DNA of 63,337 nt, counting the filler, from Hyphochytrium catenoides (lineage: Eukaryota > Protista > Hyphochytriomycota): the NCBI GenBank assembly GCA_900088475.1. It is 10 parts of 10 records of this genome, joined end to end, with 100 filler letters (N's around TTAATTAATTAA, not from the genome) between each part and the next. Parts side by side here need not be neighbours in the genome. Positions count along the whole stretch, not along the records: positions 11,815 to 13,079 come from FLMG01003346.1; positions 13,180 to 23,816 come from FLMG01004134.1; positions 23,917 to 46,450 come from FLMG01003994.1; 7 more parts are not named here. One strand, given 5' to 3'. Positions 11,863 to 24,057 of the stretch are shown piece by piece. The notes beneath the pieces are model-generated. The model had not been told where the DNA came from, made no database searches, and worked only from the letters and a program-made list of their open reading frames with translations. Numbering within the stretch: the first letter of the stretch is position 1; each line of letters begins with the position of its first letter. A program made the position numbers and the translations under genes.

Positions 11863-13059
11863 ATGGCCATAGTACCGTTCTCCCACAACAGGTCCGATTT
11901 TTGCATCTTTGTCGGTGAGCTCCGCACGCTAACGGTCTACTCTCGCTCTTCCGCCTGTCCATAATAGCCCATTTTATGATTTCACTAAGCTCTCAGAGAG
12001 GCATTATTATCTCACCAACGGAGAAGAAGTGCACATTCGACAGAACGTAGGCGCATCTAAGAGTTATACAGAACCCTTACGCTAGCCCTTAACCCCTTTC
12101 TTTCCTTGTCTTTCCACGCTCATCTTTCCTGTTCATCTGTATCCGACGCTTTACAAGTGGAAAGATGATGGCAGGGGAGGATGTGAGATTGGCTTCGGTA
12201 GGTCAGCAGCCAGCTGGAAAGTGAACAAGAACACTGCTCACGCTTTGCTCCGCCAACCTGCAGGATCAGCTGTCTATCCTGCGGCGTATGTCTTAGCTGA
12301 GTATTTTGAAAGATAAGTAAGCAGGAGTTGCCCTTACCTTAGGGCCCTCTAGCAATGCAGGCAACGCAGTTAATGACTACCTTTTGTCTCTCACTCACTC
12401 CACTGCACGCATGTGGAGCTGGTTAGGGGTAAGCGAGTCCTAGAGCTCGGGACTGGAACGGGTATGGTCGCTATTTACCTTGCCAAACTCGGTGCGAGAG
12501 AGGTCCTAGCAACCGACGGAGATGAAGGATTGCTGGCACTGACCAGAGAGAACGTGCGCCAAAACAAGGCAACAGAAGTCTCTGTCACGCCATTGTTATG
12601 GTACCTGCTGCCATAAGGTCCCCGTCAGTTCCTTCAAGTCACTGACTACCTCTGCTGGCGCTTTACTTAGGGGATGTGATGCTCATCATAGTGCCGTGGG
12701 CAACGATTTCGACTTGATAGTAGCTGCCGATATTGTCGCCTGCCCCTACGAGGAGTCCTTTGAGAAACTGTTGTCCACACTCTCCTTCCTGATGTCTGGT
12801 CGAGGCTCTTCGGCCCTTCTGGCGTACAAGCTTCGCCATGGCTCAGAGGTCAAATTCTTCAAGGCTGCTGAGAGTGTCTTTGAGATCAAGGAGGTAAGCA
12901 AGGTGATATATCATGCTTTGAATCTTGTGAGGGTATCAACTTCTGTCCTTGTGTTCCTCCTACGGTTAGGTCGTAGGGTCGGAACTTCATGAAGACTTTC
13001 AAGACAGCGACATCAAGCTGCTCTGGTTCACTCTCCGCTGTAGACCTCCACTCTGTTAA
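11863..13059 (+). CDS. Seven-beta-strand protein lysine methyltransferase, METTL21/Methyltransf_16 family
   Basis: Exons 11863-11891, 11968-12046, 12158-12197, 12264-12312, 12409-12600, 12671-12893 and 12970-13059. Motifs GFGSAVYPAAYVLAEY, GKRVLELGTGTG (motif I), VLATD, LLWG and FDLIVAADIV. Intron 4 requires AT-AC ends. Confidence 0.9.
12313..12408 (+). other. Putative non-canonical AT-AC intron with U2-type 5' splice site
   Basis: AG|ATAAGT ... pyrimidine tract CTTTTGTCTCTCACTCACTCCACTGCAC|G. Removal restores EYFERHVELVRGKRVLELG; retention gives an immediate in-frame TAA. Confidence 0.75.
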
Positions 13060-15621
13060 CTCTAGTATAATGGTATTGANNNNNNNNNNNNNNNNNNNNN
13101 NNNNNNNNNNNNNNNNNNNNNNNTTAATTAATTAANNNNNNNNNNNNNNNNNNNNNNNNNNNNNNNNNNNNNNNNNNNNCAAGAAGACTCTGTCTGCAAT
13201 TGTTCCATATAAATAAGGGGATATGTATGGTGATACGTTGTTGGGCTGTTGGTCGTCCTCCACCATCTGCCTGGAAAGCAGCCCTCACATTGTGGAGACC
13301 CGTTTCATCGCCTTCTCAGAGTCTAAGGTCTTCCTCGACGTTGTTACGATAAAGAATATTTTCATGGTTAAATTTCGCACCTGCCTTTGTTGATGTTGGT
13401 AGCTGCCTTCTAGAGCTCTTGTTTGTCAGCTTAAGTCAGACACACTCTCTGGCTTTGCCAGACTAGTCGTTATCCCTCATTTATTGGCAGTTATCGTGCA
13501 AGGAGAGGTCAGCAGGGTCGTGTCCCATCATCACTGGGGGTTCCTTCCACCCATGGGCTTTGTCTTGAGGAAGCTTTCTTGGCTCCTTTCTCGTTTCCCT
13601 CTTTCCTCCTCCTTTCTTCCTGCTTTCATTCAAGGGGCTGCTTAGCAGGAGGATTAGGTATCTTGAATAAATTCAGTATGGCTGGTGGTGCGGTCATTAA
13701 ATAAAACATCACTGATGAGCTGCTTTTTATGGTTCTCATCGTTATTTTCTTGGCCCTGCCTATTATGGGCAGCGTCGTCGCAATAATAGCCCAGCTACTG
13801 TCCGATAAGCCTCAATAAATGTGTTGGTCAGGTAAGAGCCATTGCCATCATGCAAGTGACCTTTCCACACGAGAAGACCTCTCGCTTTAAGCATCCGGAA
13901 GACGCCACATTGCAATTCAGAGGAGCATGTATGGGCCCGCCCGCGCCGTCAGTCATGAGACCGTAGAGTTGGTGCGTACCGCAATAATTGTGATTTTCTA
14001 TAAAAAGTGGAGCTACTGTTCTCAGCCTGCAGAGTCCTCGCTAGCCATTCGAAGTGTTGGACAACCAGGCCTTGAAGGCCCTTATTAGCCCTTTATAACC
14101 CCTGTACCGCGTGCTGGGTAAAGATCTGATGGCTTATCAGCGCCTATTCTAGGATGGCGGTAGAACTAGAAGCCATATTGCTATGATGCCTCTAGACTCT
14201 AGATGAGAACGTGTATTACAAAAATAGCCACCATGCCACCATACTTGCACCGACTACGGACTTGTAGTAGTAGTAGGACAAAACAGTAGTGCCAGTACGC
14301 CAAAAGAACAGGAATACACGTATGAAGAGCTGTATGGAGGAAGGAGAAACCAACGTCAAGCCTAAAATAGGCGAAACTATGTCTTTCCCCTAAAAGAGGT
14401 TTCCATCATAATACCATGCCGATTGTGATGTAGATGACTCCTCCGAAGTTGCTATGCGCAACCACACTGCGGTAGTAGAACTACGTCTGATTTTATAGGG
14501 CAAGCATGTAAGCTCGAAACTTAGGAGTGCAAACCGACCTATCCTGAAGTGGCAATCGCAGGCCGTCAAAAGAAGAAGACAACATAAAGTCGAAGTAGTA
14601 TCATCGCCAAGGCGGCGAATCTTTGTCTGGTATGAGACAGGCGGCTCAGGACATCTGCGATCCCGACAATGATAGAAAGAAAGAGCGGAGGCGTAGGTCA
14701 TCAAGGGGCATAGGTAACCGAGCATCAATAGCAGGGAAATTAGGGTTTTGTCACGGCGGATGCTTTAAGCAAGGATGTAGGGTCGGGAAGAGGATCGGGA
14801 GTAGACCTATCTACTAAGAGTAGACTATGGGGAGACAAGCAAAGTGATGGTAGTAGTTCTATCTCGAGTACTGAATGATGAACTGGTTGGACCGCGAATC
14901 TGACTACCATGGATCTTATTGGTCCATTCCTTTAGTACCAGAAGTAGTACTACTACTGCTGGTTGAAGATGTGACGGTGAAGATCGTATAGTAGTCTGAG
15001 AACTGGCTGAGATGAGTTGAAGAATCTTCCTTGAGGCAATGATCGCTTTGTAAAAGGTTTTTGGTTTATTGTGAAGTACTACTAATCAGCTACAGTGTAT
15101 AAACAAGAACAATAACAGTTTGGGCAATGGAAGGTCGGGGAAGCGAGGAGAAGGTCAGCCTGTGGATCTGTGTTCTGTTATTTACTCTACCAGAACAGCT
15201 ATGGGAAGAGGTGGACAGGGATAACCTAGCGCTAGGCCGATCTGAACTGTCAGTTATTGCAGTTAAAGTGGCTTGGATCAGAACTGAGTACATGGTTCAG
15301 GGTTATTGCCATAAGCTGGTGTCGTCGTTATGATTGGAAGCAAGGTCGTCTTGCAACGCCCATCGTAGTGCTATAATATAAGGAGCATCATTTGGAAGAA
15401 TAAGTGCCAGCCATACTTGCCGTCGACCTAATAAGGAGGGCAAAGACGCAGTGCGAAAAGAAGGTTTCAAGGGCGAAATATGGTTCTCTCGTTAAGCCTC
15501 GTCCTCCTCGGCCACGACTTGCTGCCGGGAAGCCACGACAGTCCAGCCCCTCTAACTCCATCATTCTCAAACTTACCGGTGTGATCAACATCCAAGAGCT
15601 ACACCTTCTACTACTGGAAGT

Positions 15622-17130
15622 ATGCAGACAAAGTCGAGGATTGGGTACCTTTTACCCCTGGTTCAAGCTGGCCTCTGTGGGATTCTTCTTTGTGCGCAGC
15701 TGGCGCTTGCGATTGTCCCAATCAACAGGACGCCTCCAACGTTAAAGCCCGCGACGCCAGGCTGCTTCCGCGTCGGATGCAGCCTCCTGGCAGAGGGAGA
15801 CACATGGAGTGTTCCAGTCGTCCGCATCTATACTTGGTACAGTTGCCATGGTTCTTCCTGCGTCCTTGCCAAAGGACAGACAGGAGGCGGTATGAAGCCA
15901 ACTTATATTCTTAACCACTCTGACGTGGGTAGACAGATCCGAGTCAGTATTCAGACGGTGAACATGTCTGACAAGAGCAGGGGCATTGCTTCGAACAATA
16001 GCCCAGTCGTTCAAGAGTTTGTTGGGAGCAGCGGTCCTTTACTGCAGTTCATCAATGGCCTACCGGACCCTTCTCTCTCTTCAAGTACCAGCTCCATTTT
16101 CGAGTACCTCGTTACGACTGACAGCGCAGTCACTATCAGCATCATTGCTGATGGCGCTGCGCAGCCAGTAGCGTTCAAGCAGGGGAGATTGAAAGGAAAC
16201 AATGTGGGAAAAATACAGCTGAAGAACCTCAAGCCAGGAAATCACTCTATTCAAATCAAGGCTACCTCTGCAGCTGGAACCAAGGAAATCTCTTACTCTT
16301 GGAAGACTAAGCCTATCCCATCTCCAGATCCTTGCACGAACTGCAAGTGGAAGCCCAAAGTGTCAGAGACATGGGACTGGCAGCTACACGTCCCTGTCGA
16401 CAGTTCCTTTGTTCGCGATGTCTATGATATTGATGGGCTTCTCAATGCCAAGGCAGTGGTGACATCTCTGAAGGCAAAAACGGGCACTGATGGGAAGCCT
16501 CGTCGAGTCATTGGCTACATTGAGGCAGGCACTCTCTCAACTTGGAGGTCTGACGCTTCTAGCTTTCCTGCCAGCATCCTTGGCCGCCCCTACGACCCTC
16601 CTTATACTGATGAGCGGTGGCTGGACTTTCGCCAGCTCTCAGTGATCCTGCCTCTGATGGAGAAGCGCCTGAACCAGCTGGTGGCTAACGGATTTGACGC
16701 TGTGGAGTACGATAATGTCGATGGATGGGATATCCAAATGTACCGGACCTCCTTCCCGCTTACTTATGAAGATGGCTTAGCCTTTACGGCGGCTCTGGCC
16801 AATCTTGCAAGATCCAAAGGCCTCCGCGTTTCCCACAAAAACAACGTGGATCAAGTGGTAGGTAACTTGCCCTATGTGGACTTCGCGGTTAGCGAGCAGT
16901 GCTACGAGTATAATGAGTGTCAGAAGCTCTTTCCCTTCATCACGGCCGGAAAACCAGTCTTCTCTGTTGAGTATCAGCCGTACAATTCAAGAAACAACGT
17001 TTGCAGCCTAGCGAGAAGCCAGAACATCCGCACACTGTACAAGACGCCGGATCTAGATGCCTATGGGGTCAGCTGTGACCTCCTCCCTCGTGGCTCTGCC
17101 AGAATGTTGCGGCAGCATAGACGAACATGA
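15622..17130 (+). CDS. Secreted GH114 endo-alpha-1,4-polygalactosaminidase with two N-terminal bacterial-type Ig-like modules (intronless)
   Basis: 502-aa ORF with hydrophobic signal peptide. C-terminal GH114 motifs: TWDWQL, YDID, GYIEAGT..WRSD, ERWLD, GFDAVEYDNVD, KN, DFAVSEQC.EYNEC, GKPVFSVEY. Confidence 0.9.
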   Translation: MQTKSRIGYLLPLVQAGLCGILLCAQLALAIVPINRTPPTLKPATPGCFRVGCSLLAEGDTWSVPVVRIYTWYSCHGSSCVLAKGQTGGGMKPTYILNHSDVGRQIRVSIQTVNMSDKSRGIASNNSPVVQEFVGSSGPLLQFINGLPDPSLSSSTSSIFEYLVTTDSAVTISIIADGAAQPVAFKQGRLKGNNVGKIQLKNLKPGNHSIQIKATSAAGTKEISYSWKTKPIPSPDPCTNCKWKPKVSETWDWQLHVPVDSSFVRDVYDIDGLLNAKAVVTSLKAKTGTDGKPRRVIGYIEAGTLSTWRSDASSFPASILGRPYDPPYTDERWLDFRQLSVILPLMEKRLNQLVANGFDAVEYDNVDGWDIQMYRTSFPLTYEDGLAFTAALANLARSKGLRVSHKNNVDQVVGNLPYVDFAVSEQCYEYNECQKLFPFITAGKPVFSVEYQPYNSRNNVCSLARSQNIRTLYKTPDLDAYGVSCDLLPRGSARMLRQHRRT

Positions 17131-20100
17131 GTAACCATCAGAGGGAAAGCGTGTAAGTCAAGCCGTCCATTTGGAGACCTCTTAGCGCTGCAAGAAGTGG
17201 CTGCCCATGATGCGGAGACGGTGACAGATGAGACCACCCTAGCATTTTCCAAACGACAAATTTATATGGTAAATATAACCCATATGCGTGGTGTCCGCCG
17301 CTTAGGCGTTACCCCGGTGTCACCCTGTCAGCAACGATGGCAACTTGTTGTTCTTACATTGAGCCGCTGAGGTACCTAAGAAAGCTGAATAGGGCAAGCA
17401 CTAGACTTGTCGCCAAGATGCATTTTATGGGCTTCCCCGGGAGAAGGAGTATTCTTGGCGGCATGCCAGAATCTTCACTCATACGCCGCGGGGTTATTGA
17501 CCGATTCCGCTATTGTTAAGAGGTTGCTGCGCATGGTGTGGGCTTTCTGCTTCTGCAGTGAGTTTCATGGCTCGCAAGACCCTCCGCTTGGTCGCAAGAG
17601 GGAGAGGAGGAGTAGTAGGGATTTGGGGAAGCGATGTCTTGTTTGGGCGCGCGGAGACAGAAGACTGTTGAGGCTTGCTCTCGTTTAACTACTAGGTATT
17701 AATATGGAAGATGATAAAGTCACTGCGCTGAAGAGGAGGCCAAACGTGGCAAAGATGAAGATCTTCTCTTTCTTCTCTGCAGTGCAGAAGAACTGTACCA
17801 TGTATCTCTCAGGCAACATCATCATCCGACCGGGACGCCAACGTGAAACGTAAAGATGACGCTACCACAAGGCCCACAAACTGCTTTCTGAGAACAAATG
17901 GCGGAAGAAGAAAGAAGAAGAGAAGGCGGATGACCATGATAATGCGCCAACAACGTGACTACGCTGCTAGGTTCTACACGTACTACCTGTTTCCCGCCGT
18001 CCGCAGCAGCGTCCGGAACATTTATCTTAGTCAACGCAGCTCTAGCATCGCTGGATTAGAGGGAGTATCTGTACTATAGTTACAATAGCATGGAGGAGGA
18101 CCCATGACTGTGAGCAATAATGGCACGGGAGAGTGTGGAATGAAATTGCTTCTTTGTTGATGACTTTACTCTTCAGAACTCACTGCTGCAGGTGGAGAAA
18201 TCTTCCACTCTCTGCATGCTGCGACGATGGAAGAAAAATGTGATGGTCATGATCAGTGGTGGTTGGCTGCCCATCGCTCTGTTTTCCTCTCATCAATTAC
18301 CTTTTCCTTATTCGTAGTGAAAGTGGTGTGGTCAATCAGCATAGTCACAGTGATCAGTTTTGCAAGTGCTGCCAACTAGGAGGCAAGCAGACCTCCACAG
18401 CTCTGGCTTTTTCCTTCTTTTGGTCCGATCTAAAGCAAAGCACTACTATCTGCTGCTCCAAAGATCCGACTACATCCTCCTCCTCTTGGGCTGACTAAGC
18501 TACAATCATCAAGCGCGAGGCAGCACTTAACAACTCAACATTGTGCATCCACTTGTTTTCCTCCTCCTCCTCTTGCTTGTTCTTTCCTCTAGATTCTTCG
18601 CCGCACTCATCTTTCAATCCTTCCTTCTTATCCATATTCGCCGTTTTCATATTCATCTTTCTTGCTCGTTATTATGAGCCACCCGTTTGTTCCATCTTCT
18701 GGCTGCGCTCCTGTCCACCAACCCTTGGCAACCGCGAGGGCTTAGAAGAGTAGGCTCAACGAAACCACTACTAGTACTAGTCAGGTCCGTAATTGGGTTC
18801 CATTGTCATCATGTGCGGGATCTTCATGTGCCCCTCCTCAAGCTGTGAAGAAGAAGAACATGCTCTAGTACTTTGGCCGTCCATGACAGCCATCATCTGA
18901 AGAATGGCCCTTGCCCCTCATAAATGGAGGCGGGTTCGCATCTAACTAACCGGAGCTCTCACAATGCAGCTGTACACCTTTAATGCTAACGGTACATAAG
19001 CGGAAGATGGAGGGACCAAATGTTCCCAGCTGAAGCTTTGAGCAGCCACCAGTTTTGGACAGAGGTTATCAGTATGGCAATTAAGCGGAGGGATGGGTGG
19101 TGCTTGTTGGCAGTAAGATCTTTAGACGATGTCATAGTAACTCTGCTTGTGGTTGGTACAAGCTTCAGAAGGAAAGAGATGAATGCAGATAAGCAGGATG
19201 ATGATGATGATGGTGCAAAAAGAAGAGGAAATAGAAGAAGATGACAGTTATGAGACCTTCTTCTCTTCTTCCTTCCAACTGCTGCGCCCTGCGCACCCAC
19301 AAGAGCAGCCTAGCAATAATAACGCCATCTAACAGACTAAGAGAAGTATTACAGGTATGACCGTCGTCGTGAAAAAAATAAGCAAGAAGGAAGGCGGCCG
19401 GCCTCTCGTCGGCAGCAGAAAGAGCAGCAGAAAAGCAGCAGCGGTCACCACACCCACCACCGAAACAGGAAGGATAGCAGGCAAGAAAGAAGACGCCGAT
19501 CAGCAGGAGGGAGAAGGAAGGTATAGATAGCAGCTGTTATTTTATGAGCAGAAAAGGAGGATGTAAAGAGCAACCGTCCGCCACACCCCAAGGCAGCGAT
19601 GAGCTCCTCACAAGGCGTCCACCATCACAATCATTACTGAACTTCTTGTCAGCAGACCTTCATCAGCTCTGGTCGGACTGTCGGGTCGATGGGAGGAGGG
19701 GAGGGGACGAAGAAGGAGAAGCAGGCCATCTCGATAGTGGTGAGAATTGGAAGAGGACGATGGGACTGGATGGCGACATTCATGAGAAGGTGAACAACAG
19801 AAGAAGGGGTGATGAGTGAGGAGAAAAGAGTGAGTCCGTGAGGGATGATGATGTGGAAGAAGGGCATCACATGCCATCTTCCTTCTCCACCCTGCTGTTT
19901 GGTGCACCTGTTCTAGTTTCCGCTTCCACCCTCTTCTTGCGGTCCTTGCCCAGCCTGCTCGTCGGCTGGGCTCTCACCGTAGAAGCCTGCTGCTTGGTGA
20001 TCAAGCTAACGCTGCTTGCACTTGATAAGACTGCAGCTTGTAGGGCGAGGAGATGGAAGGGAGAACGACCCTGCCAAAAGGAGTCGTCGTTGGCCTTTCC

Positions 20101-21875
20101 TTTCACATAAACTTTGAAGGGAAGAAGACGAGAAGTAGCCGTTGTCGTTCTTTGCTTGCACGGCCATGCTAGCAGCTTGCTAACTAGCCACCAACTCGTC
20201 CTTGTTCAAAACGGCTGAGAGGTAACAGAACCTGGCCGAAGAAAGGGATGGGAAGCAGCAGGGAGAGGGCGGAAGAAGTTTTGAAGGCGTGACTGACCCA
20301 TGATGGACCTTCTAATGGGTCCCTCATCGCCCTTTCTTTCCTTCTTGCAAGGCCACCAGGCCTGGCAAGCAAGCAGGTCAGGCGGGACCAAGGTTAACAG
20401 CAACGGAAGCAGCATCCCAGTGGCCGAGCTTCGGGTCGTCTTCCGCCTGCAAAACGAGGCCCACTGGATTTCTTTGAGGTCGGGCTCTTGTCCTCCTCCT
20501 GCGCTTCTTCTTCCTCCCTGGCCTGCGTTATCCTCTAAAAAGATAAGGGGATGAGTTAGGAGGAAGCAGGCCAGCAGCCAAGGAAGAGCAAGACAAGATG
20601 TGTACGAAGCTTTCGGCGGCAGCCTAATTATGTGCCAGTTCACATCCTTCTCTCACTCCACCTTCCACCCTCATTTTGGATAAATATGAACCTCCTTCGT
20701 CATGCTGAGCTTTAGCTCTTAGCTAGGTGTCAGCGGATGAGTTCTGCTCTGAAGAGACAGAGGGGAGATGATCAGTAGATGCAAGCAAGAAATGCAGGTG
20801 TCACTTTCGACGCAGCCATGGAATGCTCGCAGCATCCACACTTAGGCCCGCAGACCTACCATCATCAGCAAGCAGCTATCTTTCGTCATGGGAGAACGCT
20901 GAGCTCGGGCTGCCCAACAAGCGCAACGCTGCTCCGAAACAAGCAGCAAGGGCTAACAGCAGGTACTCGCCTGGCAACAAAGCCTGCAACGAAGCCTAGG
21001 ATTCTTGATTATGATCAACCGGCAGAGTTGAATGGCGGTGTCAGAGGGCCGACCGGAACTTATCACCTGCAACTGTTCGCCAGCTCTGAATTTATCTAAG
21101 CAGGGCAGCCCTTCACGTCCTGCTTTTAATCTCCTGGTCAAAGCAGTAGCTCTACTGCTGCTGCTAATCTCACCTTCCTTCCAACCACCAGGGTCCTCTT
21201 AGCGCCATTTTTCTCGTCGTTTCAAAAGTTAGCAACAGCGAAGAAGAGCCCTGCTGCTGGGGTGCTCCTTTTCGTCTGCTTTCCTCACGTTCTGCTGCAA
21301 GGTAGCCAGCGAGGGAGGATGGTGGGATGAACTCGATCGGAATGCCGCAGCACGGCTTTGGTGACCTTCCGTCAGCACCATTGCGACGCGGAAGAGTTGT
21401 CTTCTCTTGCTTCTTCTTCATCCCACCTTCTGGGACTAGAAGGCAAGGGGAACCTTTTCGTCTCTTGCGATGAGAGTTCTACCCCTTTCTAGTTTCCCCA
21501 GAGGCCACTGCCGACAAATGGCTGGGCATCCTCCTCCCTTACCCATCACCCCGCCTCCTCGGCTCTTCATCATCTTTCCCTCTCCTTCGGCAGTGGTGCA
21601 CTCACTTTTCAATACTCGCGCTGTGTGGAAGTACAACTATTATCCTGGGCGATCACCGTTGGAGGAGGCTCAGACTGCTACAAGTAGCTAGTCTTCTCCC
21701 GTTAGTAGCTTCCATATCGCTCGCGTTAGTGGTGGTAGTGGTGGCGCTTGCCTCAGTTTTGGTTAAGACGACCAGACGCGCTCTTGCCAGCTTGGAAGTG
21801 GAAAAGCACATCACAGAGGAGCTCAAAAGTATCAAGAGTTAGCGGCCCTAGTCCAGCTACAACGACAACCCTACT

Positions 21876-22733
21876 ATGCGGCGGGACGAACAACAACAGC
21901 TCACGAGCAGCAATAAGAAGAGACATAATGGCGTAGAAGAGTTGGAGAGAGTTAATCGAAGAAGCAACGAAGAAGCCCCTCCAGGATTGATGGAAGAGCA
22001 ACGAAGTAGTCCTCGCGGTGCACGGAGAGCAAGAAGAGAGACAACCGTCGTCGCTGGCTCAGCGCCGCCATCAGAAACACTTACTGCCAGCCACGAAGTC
22101 CCAACGTTAGTACTACATAACGACTGCATAGGACCAGTGTCTCAACGACCCTCTTCAACGACAAACGCTGTCTGTCAGCGACGACCTACGTTGTCGCCTA
22201 CGGGAAGGGCAAAGGTAGTGCCCCTAAGTCGATCAAAAGGCGCTGATGCCACTTCCCTCAGCCGTAGCGTTACAGATAGCACTTGCTCAAAGAAGTCCAC
22301 GACAGAGCATCATCTTCGACAAGCAACGCCTGTCTCCTCTCTGGGTCACGGAGTGCTGGTACTTGAAGATGGCAATAACAATCCAACTAGTGCGGTTAAA
22401 GCAACCCAAGAAGAAGCTCTGATATCACCGATGTCAAGAAGGTGTTCTTCGCCAGCACAGAAGCAACCCAAGTTACGAGATCTCTGTACTTCTCGATTGC
22501 CTTCTTCTTGCCAGGAACGAGCGCTAGGTCCAGCATGCACCCCACCACAAAAGAAGCTGGAAAGTGGTGACTCGGCCCCTGTTCCTCTTATCCATCGACG
22601 GGTGCTTGAGCTCCGTAACTCTGCACGTAAAGAGCTGATAACAGACATCAGCTACCCTCCTCAAAAAAGAAAGGTTCACTTGTCCACACAGAGGCCACCG
22701 CTGGACCTAGCCAGGCAGCTTCGCAGCTGTTGA
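21876..22733 (+). CDS. Hypothetical S/T/P/R-rich, probably disordered protein (possibly one exon or spurious)
   Basis: 285-aa ATG-initiated ORF that is not microsatellite-derived; no recognisable domain. Confidence 0.3.
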   Translation: MRRDEQQQLTSSNKKRHNGVEELERVNRRSNEEAPPGLMEEQRSSPRGARRARRETTVVAGSAPPSETLTASHEVPTLVLHNDCIGPVSQRPSSTTNAVCQRRPTLSPTGRAKVVPLSRSKGADATSLSRSVTDSTCSKKSTTEHHLRQATPVSSLGHGVLVLEDGNNNPTSAVKATQEEALISPMSRRCSSPAQKQPKLRDLCTSRLPSSCQERALGPACTPPQKKLESGDSAPVPLIHRRVLELRNSARKELITDISYPPQKRKVHLSTQRPPLDLARQLRSC

Positions 22734-23916
22734 TTAGTTTGCAAGATCTTGGGCTTCGTCGCTGTTGTTCCGTCTGCTGTCACTTCTTTTCCTTCTCAGC
22801 GACATTTTTATGCTATTTTGCTCTTGCTCTTTTTTCAGTATCGTCCACTATGGCCCTACGGCTACTACTATTGTTATTCTTCCTCCATCATCATCATAGA
22901 GCTCACTGTCAACAATAACGCCTATAATAAAAGCTAGGCAAAGTCAATGTATAATAAGAATCAGAAGATAAGGGCCAGACAATCGTCAGGATATAAAAGC
23001 GTTGGTCGTCCTCGCGTCATCATCTCGATGACAGTACTGTGGGGTCTGGCTTTCAGGAGTTAAAATATGGTGCTAGCGAGGTTAGCGGGTACGGTCGTCA
23101 TGGTGAGAGCGGCTGGTTAGATTCTTCGTAGATGATCTGTAAGGCAGCTGCTTGCAGGTATGGCTCTGTTGTTCTCCCGTGGTCTTCTTTGACGGGAGTA
23201 ACCAGTGGAGGCCACTTTTTCGTCGCGCCGTTGGGCCAATAGATCAAAGCCAAGCTGTATGGCAGCAGGTGTGGGGCAGAGGGAGGAGAAGGGGTTAATG
23301 AGTAGTATTCTGCTGTCGTCTCCTTAATTATGGCTGCTATCTCAGCTTTTGACAGTCGATGGTCATCGATCTAAGTCAACCAGCGCCGCTGCAGTGCCCA
23401 AAGGACCACCTCCTCTTTGCATCCTTTCCCTCATTCAAGGTCCCCAGGAGACAGCACCAGAAGATACTAGAAGCCTCTGACAAAAGCTTCCGCACGCCTC
23501 TTCTAAGATCAGGCCTTATGATGATGTCAATAATAGTATGCTTGTCATCATCACAGGTTGTGAACAAAGTAGTTGCGTGTAGATAAGCCAGGAGACTTTG
23601 CCTTATATGGGTGGCGAGTCCTATTAGTAGCATAGGCCAGTATGCTAAGCAGCATGAGAAGAGGAGGGGATAGACAAGCTCACTCACCGGCAGCAGGAGA
23701 GTGAGAAGAGCAAGTGTTATATGTATATCTATCTCTCCAGACGGCTGCTGTCGCTCTGGACTCGACCGGTGTATGGGATGGGACCTCTTCTCTTGGAAAG
23801 CACTATCAGGACGGGTNNNNNNNNNNNNNNNNNNNNNNNNNNNNNNNNNNNNNNNNNNNNTTAATTAATTAANNNNNNNNNNNNNNNNNNNNNNNNNNNN
23901 NNNNNNNNNNNNNNNN

Positions 23917-24057
23917 AGGGAATTAAATTACGGACGCTTGTGTCACGAGTTATGAATTGGAGTTAGAGCTCGTCACCCTTCGCCGTAATTTCCAATTAAC
24001 TTCCTTAGATTATGAAATTAAAATTTGGAGTTAAAATTAAATAATTGCCCACCCCTG
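23917..24057. mobile_element. Terminus of a hAT-like DNA transposon/MITE, cut by scaffold start
   Basis: AT-rich stretch ending TTGCCCACCCCTG (24045-24057), the reverse complement of CAGGGGTGGGCAA, a typical hAT-type terminal inverted repeat. Composition shifts after it. Confidence 0.45.

Noticed and set aside
12311-12316. In-frame TAA as stop-codon reassignment or pseudogene
   Set aside because: Other genes here terminate at TAA, TAG and TGA normally, and the AT-AC intron removes this codon while restoring homology.
17700-21800. Many short ORFs and a signal-peptide-like start near 20415 (minus)
   Set aside because: Frequent stops, trinucleotide low complexity, and no coherent splice chain or domain.
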